Assembly: GCF_009914755.1 (NCBI RefSeq)
Contig: NC_060930.1
DNA: 64,000 bases
Direction: 5' to 3' (one strand)
DNA from: the human T2T-CHM13v2.0 reference genome, Homo sapiens
The stretch's first letter is position 1, and each line of letters opens with the position of its first letter. Positions 1 to 14,867 of this stretch are shown here, piece after piece. The notes below the pieces were generated by a model. It searched no databases. It was not told the DNA's origin and saw only the letters and a program-made list of their open reading frames with translations. The translations under genes and the position numbers were made by a program.

Positions 1-749
1 TATTCCTTTCTTCTATCACTTTAAATAATTCCTAAGGTGAAAAATTCACTTACAATTCTTTATATAATGAATTATATTCCTGAAATTGATCATGTCATTT
101 GGTATAAAATTATTTCAGAAGTCATAAAGTAGACAGAAAGATGACTCGCTAAAAGCAGATTTTTAAATATAGTATCTGAATTATGTTTCCATGTAAACTA
201 TTAACAATATCAAATTATTGGTAAATGGATATATATATACACATTGTTATGGGTATTCTAAATTAGATGTTACATTTAAATATATACCAAAAACTCTAGA
301 TTTGGGATGACATGCTATGAAGACAAAATCTCTATGCTTCATAAATATAAACTAGTTGTTCATTGGCATTTTAATTTATGAAGTACATTTTACATTGGAG
401 GCAAGTCAGTTCAGCCTTTCTGTATGAAAATATAGGTGTCAATCTATGATTACTATAAAAGCAGTCCACATACCTTTTCTCTTGTTAGGAGCTGCAGCTC
501 AAAGCCAAGGTGGCAAAGTGTCCCCACTGCAGCTTAAAGTACCATGTCAGGTCCTCAGAGTGGACCTTAGGGAAGTGAACATCAGCATCCCCAATCATGG
601 TAAGTTTCTACCATGAGCTCCCTTTTTTTTCTTTTTAGCAGCTTGAGGTATGTGGGAGCCAAGACAGGGTGGCCGCGTTATTGACACACACAGTCTACAA
701 ATCCATCCCATTTTAATGAGATAATTTTTAACTTTAAAAGGAAGATTTA

Positions 750-1437
<688 letters not shown>

Positions 1438-3502
1438 GTGCAGGCATATTCACTCTTGTAGTGCGCAAATTCTCATAGCTGAAGAAAATGGAGGAGACCT
1501 TTCCAGGTGGTGGTCCCCTCCTGAGGAATAATAACACCTTGGGTGCCCCTCTGGGGTGGAGTTTGTTACCATTTGTTGTTGATTTTGTTTGATTGTTCTA
1601 CTAGCGGCTAACTGAACCTTCCAGGTCATGGCTTGTTTTATTTTCTAGATGTATTTAAATTAAGCATTTTAAAATTGTGTCATCAGTTTTAAAAAGCCCA
1701 TTCTTTATGTTTATTAGATCCAAATTAGCTTAGGCAATACCTGAAGCTAGCTTAAAGTGCATTTTTATCATATACTAATACTAACAGTCTTAGATTGTAA
1801 AAGTAGTAATACATAAGTACCAGGTTGGACATGGGGGAAAAGATATACACACACACATGTATGTAAATAGTGTCATCAACCAAGATGGCTCTCAGGTGAT
1901 CTGTCCAGTCTATTTTAAAAACAAAAACTTTGAAGAGAGAAGCAGCTACCGCTTCTTTTTGAGGAAATAATGCAGACTTCATGATTAGGGCATTTTCTCC
2001 TTGTATCAGATACATTTTCCTTTATGTAATCTTATTCATTACTTTTAGTTACCATTTTAGGTTATTTCTCAAAAATCATGTTTCCCTTTGCTATCTTTTA
2101 ATTGCTTCTAGATTATTATCAAACACTGCCTCTTTTTTCTTCTTTTTCCCTTCCACTGTCTCAACCTATTCATCATTATTTGACTGTTTTCGATGGATTT
2201 GATATTTTTAATCTTTCATTATAAGTTTTTTTTCACTCTCAGTTGGTTTTTAAATTCTTACTTCCAATTATCTCTTATTTTTCTCATTCATAATTTTTCA
2301 TGTTCATCTTCCTTCTGGCCTGTCATTTAAAACAGCTTCACCCATCATGTAAAAGAAACTTGATTTAATTATTTCTTTTCAATTATAAGACTTCAAAAAC
2401 ATTCATGCAAAAGGATATATTGCTTTAATCAGCAATATTAAAATCATGTTCTTATATAAGATAAACTTCAAATATTAAAAGTGCAAAGTTTCACCATTAC
2501 AGAGAGCTTCTGGAGACATTTATAAAACATGTTCTTCCTGTTACACAGAGAATCTATCTACATAATTAACAACAACTAAAAAAAATAAAGGATGGAAAGA
2601 AAGCATTCTATTTAACTAAACATAAGGAAAAAAGATAATATAGACAAAATCATGACTTTTATGAATAGTAAAATCCACTCAGGTAAAAATGTATACTATG
2701 TAATACTATTTATTTTCTCATTTGTTTATGTATAATGTTATACATATACATTTTCATTAGCTTGTTAAAACAGAGTATCAAAAAAGTAAATTTGACTTTC
2801 CTCAGTTAGGTATATCAAACTTTACTTTCTGTTGAACTACTTCCTTATAAACAGAGTAGGACTTGAAGAAATTTCTCTTAACACAAATAAGATCTTTTTT
2901 TTAAAGGGCCATAAGATGAGCATTTAATTAAAACACACACACCTGCACACACTTTCTTTAGACTGTTGAAATATCAGGTCTTTAATTCCCCATTAAAACA
3001 ACACAAAACCCTGATTATAAGTTTTCAAATCATTTGAAGATGTAAAAGGCTGTCTGCATTTCAGCTTAGTTCAAAGCCAGTAAAGAAATATCTCTTCTTC
3101 TTCCAACTAAAAGCATGTTTAGGAGAAGGATATCTGATAGAAGTGGTAATGCCAATCTAACCAATTTTAAAATATAAAGTGCTACTAGCAATATTTAGAT
3201 ACATATAATTTGAGAATAATGTTTTATAAACCTAAGCTTTGAAAAATAGAAACTATAAACCTCAACAAAAAAACTTAATTTGTAATTGAAAGAAAATAAT
3301 ATTTTGTAGAAAAAAAGTGTCCTTCCAAAAAGAGATGAAAATGACTTTCATTTCCCAAGAGAATTATGCCACTTTTATACAACAAAATTACAGTCACCAC
3401 AAATTGCTTTCAACAATTCCATTGCTTCTTCATTTGACCACTTGAAAATCAAAATTCTTTCATATTATAAATATAACTTTTTATAACTCTGTTATTACGT
3501 AC

Positions 3503-3613
3503 TGTGAATGGGGAAAGTGGGCCAATCCTGTGGCTGTAGCGTCGAATGGCCTCTCTGATGTGGCAGGGCTGGATGGCATCGCTGTGAGCCTCAACACCAC
3601 AGGCTGCAGTGCT
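3503..3613 (-). CDS. SUPT3H: SUPT3H internal coding exon (probably exon 10, penultimate), 111 nt, [37 protein letters not shown]
   Basis: Minus strand reads ttttctgtcgcag|AGCACTGCA...TTCACA|gtacgt. It has the SPT3 [12 protein letters not shown] motif and is phase 0/0. The terminal exon lies outside the window. Confidence 0.97.
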
Positions 3614-4339
3614 CTGCGACAGAAAAACACATAAATTGTTACTAAATCAAAAACACGCAACAGAACTACAGTGTATAAATATGAAAATAAACCTTTACAA
3701 AAGAGACCGGTTTTTCCCTTAGGATGCACATCACTACTGCCATATACTACATCTAAAAAAGAATTCCATTAACAAATCAAAGATGACTTTTACATGACCC
3801 CTTTCTAGCAGACCTACCAAACGCAATTTTTATGCCCACAATATTTCACCTAAGCCTGCATGTCAAGACACAGGAGAATACAGCCACTTGCCTGCAGATA
3901 AAAAGTGTCATGAAAGCTTACTGAAAGAACCACAGGAAGTTATTTTTTTAAAAAAAACATTTTAACATTTATTATTATAAACGTTTCTTAGGAGCTTCTT
4001 TGGCACATTTCTGAAATAACTTGAGGGTCATCAACTTAAAATGAAAAATGTTAAATTATGATACATTTATTTATCATACCTGGGATTGTCATAAGACCAT
4101 TTCAACTTGGTTTCTAATTTTCTAGGTATCTCAGGACAAAACAAAAACGAAACCAAAACTTTCTGTTTTAATTTGCCGCATCTGTAAAAGGCAGGTTTGC
4201 AAGCACAAAAAGATACAAAAAAGATAAGGATTATTTGCGATGAGAGTGTGAATACAAACTTAAGAAATTATAGATGTGTATATGTGTGTTCAGCATGATT
4301 TTTCAAAATAACTTATAGGGCTAGGGTTTAGCCCTACAA

Positions 4340-4490
4340 GTTACCAGCTCTGCCAAGATACATAATATCTCGGGCCTCGGTTTCCTCACCTGTAAATTGG
4401 GAAAACAATTATAATTGCTTGTAGGACTGTTGTGAAAATTAAATAAGTTGAAATACATAAACCACTTAGAACAATGCCTGACACATGCTA
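4340..4490. mobile_element. MIR fragment
   Basis: MIR core motif ggcctcggtttcctcacctgtaaattggg...cacttagaacaatgcctgacaca. Confidence 0.7.
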
Positions 4491-4499
4491 GGAAATTGT

Positions 4500-4760
4500 T
4501 TTATTTTTATAAAGAGATGTTTCATTTTGTCACCTAGACTGCAGTGCAGTGGTGTGCTCACAGCTCACTGAAGCCTCAAACTTCTGGGCTCAAGCGATCC
4601 TCTGGCCTCAGCCTCTGAAGTAGCTGAGACTAAAGGCAAGTGCCACCACATATGGCTAAAAAAAAGGATTAATTTCTTTAGAGATATGGTCTCGCTATGA
4701 TGCCCAGGATGGTCTTGAACTGCTGGGCTCAAGTGATCCTCCTGACTCAGCCTCCTGGGT
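4500..4760 (-). mobile_element. AluJ-like, diverged and partial
   Basis: Reverse Alu motifs such as gggctcaagcgatcctc and ctcagcctc. Confidence 0.8.
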
Positions 4761-5044
4761 AATGTTAGCTAGTAACAGTATTAGGTTATTTAAATTAAGT
4801 GTTAAAAATGGGATCGCTAAGTTTTTGAAATGGAAGCTTATTTACTTCAAAGTATAGTAGGTAGCAGATGGCAGGCCATCAACATTAAAGAATTAACTTG
4901 CATATTACTATAACGGGTCTAGAAGTCATTTGTAGTCACAGAATTAATATTATTTGTTTTTCTGATAATTACTGTATTTTTTTGATAATTAATACATTTT
5001 TTACTCATAATTCTTTGTAGGGAATATAACTCTATAGATAGCAA

Positions 5045-5330
5045 CCTCTATGGATAGCAATTTGGCAAAATCTTATAAAAATGAAAAAGAACAACCTCTT
5101 TTACTCAGCAATTTCACCTGTAAGAATTTATCCTACAGATATATTGCACAGGTACAAAATAATATATATACATAAGGATACTTACTATAGTACTAAATGT
5201 TCATTAATGAGGGATTGGTTAAATAAATTATCCATTCAAAGAAACAGAAACCAAAGCAACCACTGAAAAGAATGAGGCAGTTCCCTACATACTCCTATGG
5301 AGCTATCTCTAAGATATTATATGAAACACT
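5045..5330 (+). mobile_element. Old L1M(E) 3' fragment
   Basis: Motifs cagcaatttcacctgtaagaatttatcct and aaatgttcattaatgagggattggttaaataaatta. Confidence 0.6.
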
Positions 5331-5355
5331 GATCAAAAACTGAAGTAGGAGGTTT

Positions 5356-5719
5356 ACTATGGTAAGTCTTTGTGTTCCCCTAAAATTTGTACGTTGAAAT
5401 CCAAGCCCACAAAGTGATGGTATTAGGATAAGAAGCCTCTGGGAATTGATTTATCCACGAGGGTGGAGCTCTCATGAATGGAATTAGTTCCCTTTTAAAG
5501 AGACCAGGGAAAGACCACTCACCCCTTCTGCCATGTGAGGTTTGGGTGAACAGATGACTGCCTATGAACCAGGAAGTGGGCCATCACAAAACACTGAATT
5601 TGCCAATGTCTTAATCTGGGACTTCCTAGCCTCCAGAACTATAAGAAATACATTCCTATTGTTTATAAGCCACCCAGTTTACAGGATTTTGTTATGGAAG
5701 CCCAAATGGACTAAGATAG
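5356..5719 (+). mobile_element. MLT1A-like MaLR solo LTR
   Basis: Typical MLT1 3' part gacttcctagcctccagaactataagaaatacattcctattgtttataagccacccagt...gactaagata. Confidence 0.8.
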
Positions 5720-7521
5720 AAGCTAAGTTAGAAAAATTTTGTGACTGCCATTTGTAAGATATGGAGACACATAAGCCAGCCTGGCTGAATCATGCTATTT
5801 TTGCCAAAATGTGACATTAAATTATATTAAAATAAAAACATTGAATTTTGTGAAAAATGTCATTAGAGTTTCCATTTTGCCAATTTCAGGTTTATCTGCC
5901 ATAATTCAGCAACTGTTAACATTAGCATAATGAAGCTACTAGGCGCACTTTTATACTTTCTTGATTTGCTCATTGAGTTCTCCGGAAGGAAGCCTTTAAA
6001 CGTTATAATCCCAGTTTTTTTTTTTTCCACCTCAACAAATATCTTCACATTCTCTTTGTCTGTCAACATCTAGTCCTTTATCAAGGTGCTAATAATCTGT
6101 TCAAATTAAAAATGTATCCAAAGTTTAGAATTTTTAATATAGCAGTGATTCTAGCATTATATTCTTCAAAATTGCTTCAGAAGAATTAACATAAAATGTA
6201 CATATTTGTTATTAATAATCTTATATCAGCTATAAACACGTGTGAAGAGCATTATACTTATACATCAATTCATCTTTAGCATCCTGATTAGGCCTAAATT
6301 TTATGATATTCTTTAAATTTTCAAAAACTAAATCCAAATATTTGACAAAATACTGAGTCCTGTTTATAGAGTATTTGCAGAAATCTCTCTGGGATATAAA
6401 CTCTGTATTTCTTTAAGAAAAGTACTAGCTGTTTGGAAAAGTTCTCCATATGTCAGGTCCTCTTCCTCTTGGCTGCATTCACACTCTATTCTTGTATCCT
6501 TCCATTTTTGTATTAATAGTTCTTCAACTAGAAACTGATGCTGGGTATTAGAAGCTGAAATAGCATATGGAGTTCTACATATTTTCCGGATTTGGCTGTT
6601 GTCTCTCTGCTTTTCTCTGCCGGTTTACAATGAACAAAATATCTTAGCAGTTTAAACTCTCAACTGTGATGCAGGAAGTTATACTGAAACTTAGGTTTGC
6701 CCCTGGATCTCTCACTGAACCTTTTTCTCCCAACTTAAAAAAGTTCTTGGCAGGGTTAGTGTCCTATCCTTTCTCAGCCTTCCCCTTACCAGAGTGAGTG
6801 TTTAAGAAGGATCTAGAATCTCAATCAACTGCATCTTATTCTTTCCACATCTATAATGGTAAACTAGATCTTCTGCTAAATGTAAAATCTTAAGTCTTAC
6901 AGAGAAGTAACACTTACCTCAGACTAGAGCAACTGAAAGTCTAGTACTACTATTACTAACATTTTGCAGACCACAAAAGTTGATATGATCTGGCCAAGGA
7001 AGTATTGTCTTTCGCCTGTTACACACATAGCTCCTCCAAAGTTTCATCCTTATGGAGAATTTTTTTCACATGAAGGTGGGCCATTCATTGGCCAAAGGAT
7101 ATAGTGTACAACATATGTAATTTTCTCATTTAAAAGTTTGAGATGGTAACTGTTAAAATGTAGTTCTTATATAACTAGAAAAAGCTTTTATTTATTTTTT
7201 TCTTTGTATAAATGTATGCAGTACAAGTGTGATTATGTTACATGCATAGATTAGAGTGGTAAAGTTAGGGCTTTTAGGATATCCATTTCTTGAGTAACAT
7301 AGTTACTCATTAAGTAATTTCTCATCATCTACCCCTACTTACTCCCAACCTTCCAAATCTCCATTGTCTATCATTCCACACTCTACCTCTATGTGTACAC
7401 ATTATTTAGCTCTCACTTATAAGTAAGAACATGCAATATTTGACTTTCTGTTTCTGAGCTGTTTCACATAAGATGATTGCCTCTAGTTCCATCCATGTTG
7501 TAAAAAATATTATTTCGTTCC

Positions 7522-7815
7522 TTATTTCTTTTTTGAGACAGCGTCTTGCTCTGTCCCCCGGGCTGGAGTACAGTGGTGCGATCTTGACTCACTGCAACCT
7601 CTGTTACCCAAGTTCAAGTGATTCTCATGCATAAGCCACCCAAATAGCTGGGACTACAGGCACACCTACCGCACCTGGCTTATTTTTGTATTGTTAGTAG
7701 AGACAGGGTTTTGCCACATTAGCCAGGCTGGTATCAAATTCCTGACCTCAAGTGATCCACCTGCCTCGGCCTCCCAATGTGCTGGAATTACAGGCATGAG
7801 CCACTGCACCTGACC
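7522..7815 (-). mobile_element. AluS in L1
   Basis: Full-length reverse Alu. Confidence 0.9.
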
Positions 7816-8054
7816 CATTCTTTTCCATTTCTGAATATTATTCCATTGTGTATACATGCCACATTTTCTTTACCTATTCATCTGTTGATGGAAACTTAGG
7901 TTGACTGCATCTTTGCCAAAGTAAATAGAAGTGCAAATAAACATATGAGAGGAGGTATCTTTTTGATGTAATGATTTCTTTTCCTTTGACTAGATACCCA
8001 GTAATGAGATTGCTGGATTGAATGATAGTTCTATTTTCAGTTAAGAAATAGCTA

Positions 8055-8431
<377 letters not shown>

Positions 8432-8750
8432 TCACCAACATGTTATTTTCTCTTTTTAATAATAGCCATTCTGATTGGTGTAAAATGATATCTCATTGTG
8501 GTTTTAATTTGCATTTCTCTGATTAGTGATGTTGAGCATTTCTTTATATGCCTGTTGGCCATCGGTATGTCTTATTTTAAAAAATGCCTATTCATTTCCT
8601 TTGACTAGTTTTTAATGGGATTACTTGGTGTTTTTTTGTTGTTGTTGTTTAGCTGTTTGAGTTCCTTGTAAATTCTGGCTGTTAGTCCCCTGTCGGATGC
8701 ACAATTTGCAAATGTTTTCTCCCATTCTGCAGGTTCTTTGCTCACTATCT

Positions 8751-8881
8751 TTTTTTTTTTTTTTTTTTTTTTTGAGGCGGAGTCTCACTTTGTAGCCCAG
8801 GCTGGAGTGCAGTGGTGTAATCTCAGCTTACTGCAACCTCCGCCTCCTGGGTTCAGGCAATTCTCCTGCCTCAGCCTCCTG
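8751..8881 (-). mobile_element. 5'-truncated Alu (right arm)
   Basis: Poly(T) plus Alu 3' end; TSD tcactatct on both sides. Confidence 0.88.
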
Positions 8882-11800
8882 TCACTATCTTATTTCTTTT
8901 TCCATGCAGAAGCTTTTTAGTTTAATTAAGTCCCATTGTCTATTTTTTTTTTTTACCTGTGCTTTTGAGGTCTTAGTCATGAATTCTTCACCTAGACCAA
9001 TGTCCAGAAGAGTTTTCCTCAGGTTTACTTTGAGTATTTTTTTATAGTTTCAGGTCTTATCTTTAAGTCTTTATTCCATCTTGAGTTGATTTTTGTATAT
9101 GATAAGAGATAGGGGACCAGTTTCATTCTTCTGCATATGCTGATCCAATTCCCCAGCTCCTTTTTCTGAAGAGGGTGTCCTTTCCCCAGTGTATGCTCTT
9201 GTTAACTTAGGCAAAGTTTAGTTGGCTGTAAATACATGGTTTTATTTCTGGGTTACCTAATCTCTTCCATTGACCTATGTGTCTATTTTTATATCAGTAC
9301 CATGCTGTTTTGTTACTATGGCCTCACAGTATAATCTGAAGTCAGGAAATGTAATGTCTTCAGCTTTGTTGTTTTTGCTTAAGATTGTTTTGCCTATTTG
9401 AGCACTTTTTTGGTTCCATATGAATTTTAGGATTTTTTTTTCTAATTCTGTAAAAGATGGGGTTGGTATTTTGATAGAGATTGCACTGGATCTGTACAAT
9501 GCTTTGGGCAGTATAATCATTTTAATGATATTAATTCTTCTGATCCATAAGCATGGGATGGTTTTCCATTTGTCAGTATCCTCTACAATTACTTTCATCG
9601 CTGGTTTGTAGTTTTCTTTGTAGAGATCTTTCATTTCATTGGTTAAATATTACTAGATATTTTGTTATTTTCTTTGTAGTACTTTAAATGAGATTGCCTT
9701 CTTGATTTCTTTCTCAGCTAGATTATCGGTGAATAGAAACACTACTGATTTTTGTACAATGATTTTGTATACTCAAACTTTGAATTCATTTATCAAATTT
9801 GAGAGGTTTTTGGTGGAATCTTTAGATTTTTCTAGATATAAGATCATATAATCAGCAAACGGGAATAATTTTACTTCTTCTTTTCCAATTTGGATAACTT
9901 TTATTTCTTTCTCCTGCTTTATTGTTCTGGTTAGGACTTCCAGTACTATGTTGAATAGGAGTGGTTAAAATGGGCATCATTGTCTTGTTACAGTTCTTTG
10001 AGGGAACGCTTTCAACTTTTTCCACTTCAGTATGATGTTGGCTGTGGGTTTGTAGTATATGGCCTTTACTACTGTGAGGTATATTCCTTTTAGGCCTAGT
10101 TTGTTAAGGGTTTTTATAATGCAGGGATGCTGAATTGTATCAAATGCTTTTTCTGTACCTATTTAGATAATCACGATTTTTGTCCTTCATTCTGTTTATG
10201 TAATGTATCCCATTTATTGATTTGTGTATGTTGCATCCTTGTATCCCTGGTATAAAACTCACTCAACCATGGTAATTATCTTTATGATATGCTAGTAGAT
10301 TTGGTTTGTTAGTATTTTGTTGAGGATTTTGGAGTCTGTGTTCATCAGGGATATTGGTCTGTACTTTTCTGTTTTTGTTGTGTCCTTGCCTGGTTTGGTA
10401 TCAGGATGGTAATGACCTCATAGAATTATTTATGGAGAATTCCCTACTCCTTAATTTTTTGGGGCAGGTTCAGGAGGACTGGTATTAATTCTTCTTTGTA
10501 CACATTTGGCTGTGAATCCATCTGGTCCTGAATTCTTTTTTGTTGGGAGATTTTTAAATTACTGATTCAATCTTGGTACTTGTTATTGGTCTATTCAGGA
10601 TTTCTATTTCTTCTGGGTTCAATATTGGGAGGTTGTATGTTTCCAGGAATTTATCCATTTCTTCCAGGTTTTCTACTTTGTGAGTGTATAGTTGCTCATA
10701 ATAGTCTGTGACAATCTTTTGTATGTTTGTGGTATCAGTTGTAATATCTCCTTGTTCAATTCTGGTTTTGTTTATTTGGATCCTCTCTCTTCCTAGTTAG
10801 TCTTGCTAGCAATTTACCAATTTTGTTTATCTTTTTGAAGAACCAACTTTTAATTTCCTTGATCTTTTGTATTTTTTTTTGTCTTTATTTTTATTTAGTG
10901 CTGCTCAGGTCTTTGTTATTTCTTCTGATAATTCTGGGTTTGGTATTTTCTTGCTTTTCTAATTCCTTGAGACAGAATGATAGGTCATCAATTTGGGATC
11001 TTTCTGCTTTTTTGATATATAGGCATTTAATGCTACAAACTTCCCTTTTGCAATGCTTTTGCTGTATACCACAGGTTTCAGTGCGTTGTGTTTCCATTTT
11101 CATTTGTTTCAAAAAATCTTTTAATGTGTCTTAATTTCTTCATTAATCCCATGATCATTCCAGAGGATATTGTTTAATTTCCATGTATTTTTATGCTTTC
11201 TGAAGCTCCTCTTGTTACTGGTTACAGATTTATTCCACTGTGGTCTGAGAAGATACTTGATTTTAAAAATCTCTTAAGACTTGTTTAGTGGCCTAACATG
11301 TGATATCTATCTTGGCAAATGTTCCATGTGCTCATAAGAAGAATGCATATTCTGCAGTTGTTGGGTAGAATGTTCTGTAAATGATTGTTGAAGTCCTTTT
11401 GGTCTAAAGTCCAATTTAAGTCCAATATGTCTTTGTTGACTTCTGTCTCAACCATTTGACTAATGCTGTCAACAGGGTGTTGAAGTTGTCCATTATTACT
11501 GTATTGCTGTCTATCTCTTTAGGTCTAGTAATAAGTCTAGTAATATTTGTTTAGGTCTAGTAATATTTGTTTCATGAATCTGAGCCTTCCGGTGTTGGGT
11601 GCATATATACTTAGAATTGTTTTAGCCTCTTGCTGAACTGATTCCTTTATTATTATGTAGTGACTTTCTTTGTCTTTTTTCCTGTTTTTGATACAAAGTC
11701 TGTGTTATCTAAGTATCACTACTGCTGTTCACTTTTGCTTTATATCTGCATGAAATGTCTTTTTCCTCCCTTTCACTTTCAGTCCATATATGTCTTTATA

Positions 11801-13444
11801 GGTAAAGTGAGTTTCTTGTAAGCAACATATAGTTAAATCATGTTTTGTTTTTTCCATCCATTCTGCCAATCTGTATTTTTTAAGTGGAGCATTTAATCCA
11901 TTTATGTCACGGTTAATATTGATAAGTGAGGTTTTGCTCCTGTGATATTGTTAATTATTTTCTAGTTGTTTGATAAATTCTTTGTTTCTTTTTCTCTTTG
12001 TGGTTTGGTGGAATTCTGCCAAATTGCCATTTGATTCATTTCTCTTCCTTCTTTGTGTGATATTTTATAAGACCTGAGAATTTTATACTTTTGTGTCTTT
12101 GTATGATGGCGAATATTAACCTTTTGTTTCCATGTTTAGGACTCCTTTGAGCATTTTGTGTAAGGTCAGACTAGTGTGATGAAGTCCCTCAGTGTTTGCT
12201 TACCTGGGAAAAGCTATTTCTCCTTCATTTATGAAGCTTAATCTTACTGTATACAAAATTTTTGGCTGACAGTTTTTTCTTCTTTCAGTACTTCGAAAAT
12301 GCCATCCCATTATTTCCTAGCCTGCCTGTAAGGTTTTGCTGAGAAGTCTGCTGTTAGTCTGATGGGGTTTTCTTATAGGTGACTGAAAAAGGTTTTCTTT
12401 AATTAAAACCAGAAAGGTGTTTAAGGAAAAAATAATAGAGGTTCACTAAATTCAAGGATTCATACATTATTATCTCTGGATGGGACATAAGAATGGTCTA
12501 TTCTAAATGTTTCCAACTCCTACACAATTTTATAGATGAAAGAGTGAAAATACGGGACATGTCCAAGGCTACAACAATAGTATTACAGATATAACTATAC
12601 ATCAAATTTCTTGGCTTGTAATACACGTAGTGAGTGTAGAGATTTTATTATTATATGCAGGATTACTTGAACCATTATAGCATCATAGCTGAGGTTTCCA
12701 GTGAGTAAAACTCAAAATATAGCAAAAGTCTGAATATAGAAAGAAGTGTATAAATGAGTAGAAAAATAATTAAAGCCTCTGAAGTGGAACAATATTAATT
12801 CTGATGCCACTAAGTTCAAATTCAAGAGAATACAGACATAGACTGGGATAATACTTTCCTCAGGAAAACTTTGTTGTAAAATAACTCCAATTTAATAGTT
12901 TTCAACAGGATCGGGAAGAAATGTTTAAATATACGGAGAAAAATGTAAAGAATTTCTAAAAACATAAAAAATTAATTTATGTATACATATCACTAGGTTA
13001 ATTACAACTCCTTCTCACATACTTTGTGAATCAAATTAACTGAAGAGGTCTTTTAGGTAAGATTTTGTTACCATAGTTTTAGCTACTGAATGAGTTGCAG
13101 AGTACAATAGCTGAAATTCTTACAAACTTTGAATAGGTAATAAAAAAAAAAACCAAGTATATGAAAGCACTGTAGACTGATCAAAACCAGACTGAAACTG
13201 GAAACGGTAGTATGTACTTTTAGAAGGGAATGTCAGTGGGTGGATTTCCTGTCTTTACAGTTTTAGCCTAAGGGCAGCATCCAGTGGGTAGAGGAGTGGC
13301 TAACATATAATCTTAGATCCTTGATAAACGAGATGCCAGAGTTCGCGCAATCACAGTAGGTGCGGAATGAGAAAGGAAATCCCCAAAGGGACAGAATAGA
13401 AAAAGGGGGAGCCCCAAATTCGGTGTACAAATTTTACCCAAATA

Positions 13445-13572
13445 TTTTTTTGTGGGTGGGGAGAGATGGGGTCTCACTATGTCCGGGCTAGTCTGAAACT
13501 CCTAGGCTAAAGTGATCTTCCTATCTCAGCCTCCTGAGTAGCTGAAATAACAAGTGCCGTCACGTATGGCTT
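13445..13572 (-). mobile_element. Alu monomer (FLAM-like)
   Basis: gagatggggtctcactatg...ctcagcctcctgagtagctg. Confidence 0.7.
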
Positions 13573-14834
13573 TCCGCAAATCTTTTACTAACCCCTAAGT
13601 TCTTCCTGTATGGTATGAAATGCATGCAATCTCACTAAAGCAAAAAGAAATGAAAAGACATTCTAGTTGCTGCCACTGAAGAGGAGTTCAAAGTTTACAG
13701 GTGAGTCTAGAAAAGTAACTTCCCTGCTGAACACATATACCAATGCCACTACCACCACCACCAATAAAAACAATATATTCACAGGAATAAAACAGAATCC
13801 TAAAATGCCTATGATGTATTACTCACAATGTCCACTTTACAATTCAAAATTACCAGACATGCAAAACACAAGAAAGCATGACTTATATTCAATGGAGACC
13901 AAGAAAATTCACATATTTAATTTTGCAATCAAGAATTTTAAAACAGCAATTCTAACCATGCTCCAAAGCACAAAATAAAATACATTTGTAACAAACGGAC
14001 AAATAAAAAATAATGATAGATAAATGGAAACTATAAAAAATCAAATAGAAATTTTAGAAGTATAAAATGAAATATCAGAAATAAAATATTACTAGATGGG
14101 TGTCACAATAGATTGGAGTTGACAGAAAGAAATGTATAGAAGATAAAAGTTCAATAGAATTGCTCCAATCTGAAGAACAGAGAGAAAATATTAAAAGAGG
14201 AATTAAAAAGCACCTAAGTTACCTATGGAATAATATCAAAGTAACTAATACAATGTACTTGGAGTTTCAGAAGTGAAGGAGAGGGAATAAGGCAGAAAAA
14301 AATCTGAAGAAATAACTGCCAAAAAGTCCCCTAATTTGGTTAAAGACATACACTGTCTTTGATTCAAGAGATTCAAGATTCAAGAATTTTGGTGAATTTT
14401 CGGCAGGATAAATACAAAGAAAACCATGTCTATGGATATCATGGCCAAACAGCTGAACATCAAAAGTAAAAATACAATTCTGAAAGCATCCAGAGAAAAC
14501 AACACATTAGACACAGGGAAACAATAATAGAAACCTACTGACTTATGATTAAAAACAATAGAGAAAAAAGTGGAATGACATCATTAAAATACTGAAAAAT
14601 AAAACTTTCGAGACAGAATTCTGTATCTAATGAAACATCATCCAACAATGAAGAAAAAGTAAAGACTTTTTCAGAAATATCAAAACTAAGATAACCATCA
14701 CTAGCTAACTTGCACTACAACAAATGTTAAACAAAATTTAGCAGAACAGAAAAGAAAAATAATACAAGAAAACTCTAATTATGAAAGAGAAATAAAGAAC
14801 AATGGGAATGGTAAACAATAAGCTCTTTTTTTTA

Positions 14835-14867
14835 GTTGCTTCTCAGCCTTTTGGCTAAGATCAAGTG
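14835..14867 (+). pseudogene. 3'-truncated U2 snRNA retropseudogene (about nt 1-33)
   Basis: gttgcttctcagccttttggctaagatcaagtg versus U2 ATCGCTTCTCGGCCTTTTGGCTAAGATCAAGTG (30/33). Flanked by direct repeats aagctct(a)ttttttt. Confidence 0.9.

Noticed and set aside
3481-3729. 82-aa minus-strand ORF over exon 10
   Set aside because: It is in the wrong frame. The spliced frame ([10 protein letters not shown]...) is the one matching SPT3 and the flanking exon phases.
11519-11573. Triplicated gtctagtaata motif
   Set aside because: A small slippage duplication inside a dead L1; it has no spacers and is not an array.
14835-14867. Functional U2 snRNA gene
   Set aside because: Only 33 nt, with no Sm site or 3' stem-loops, and flanked by a TSD.
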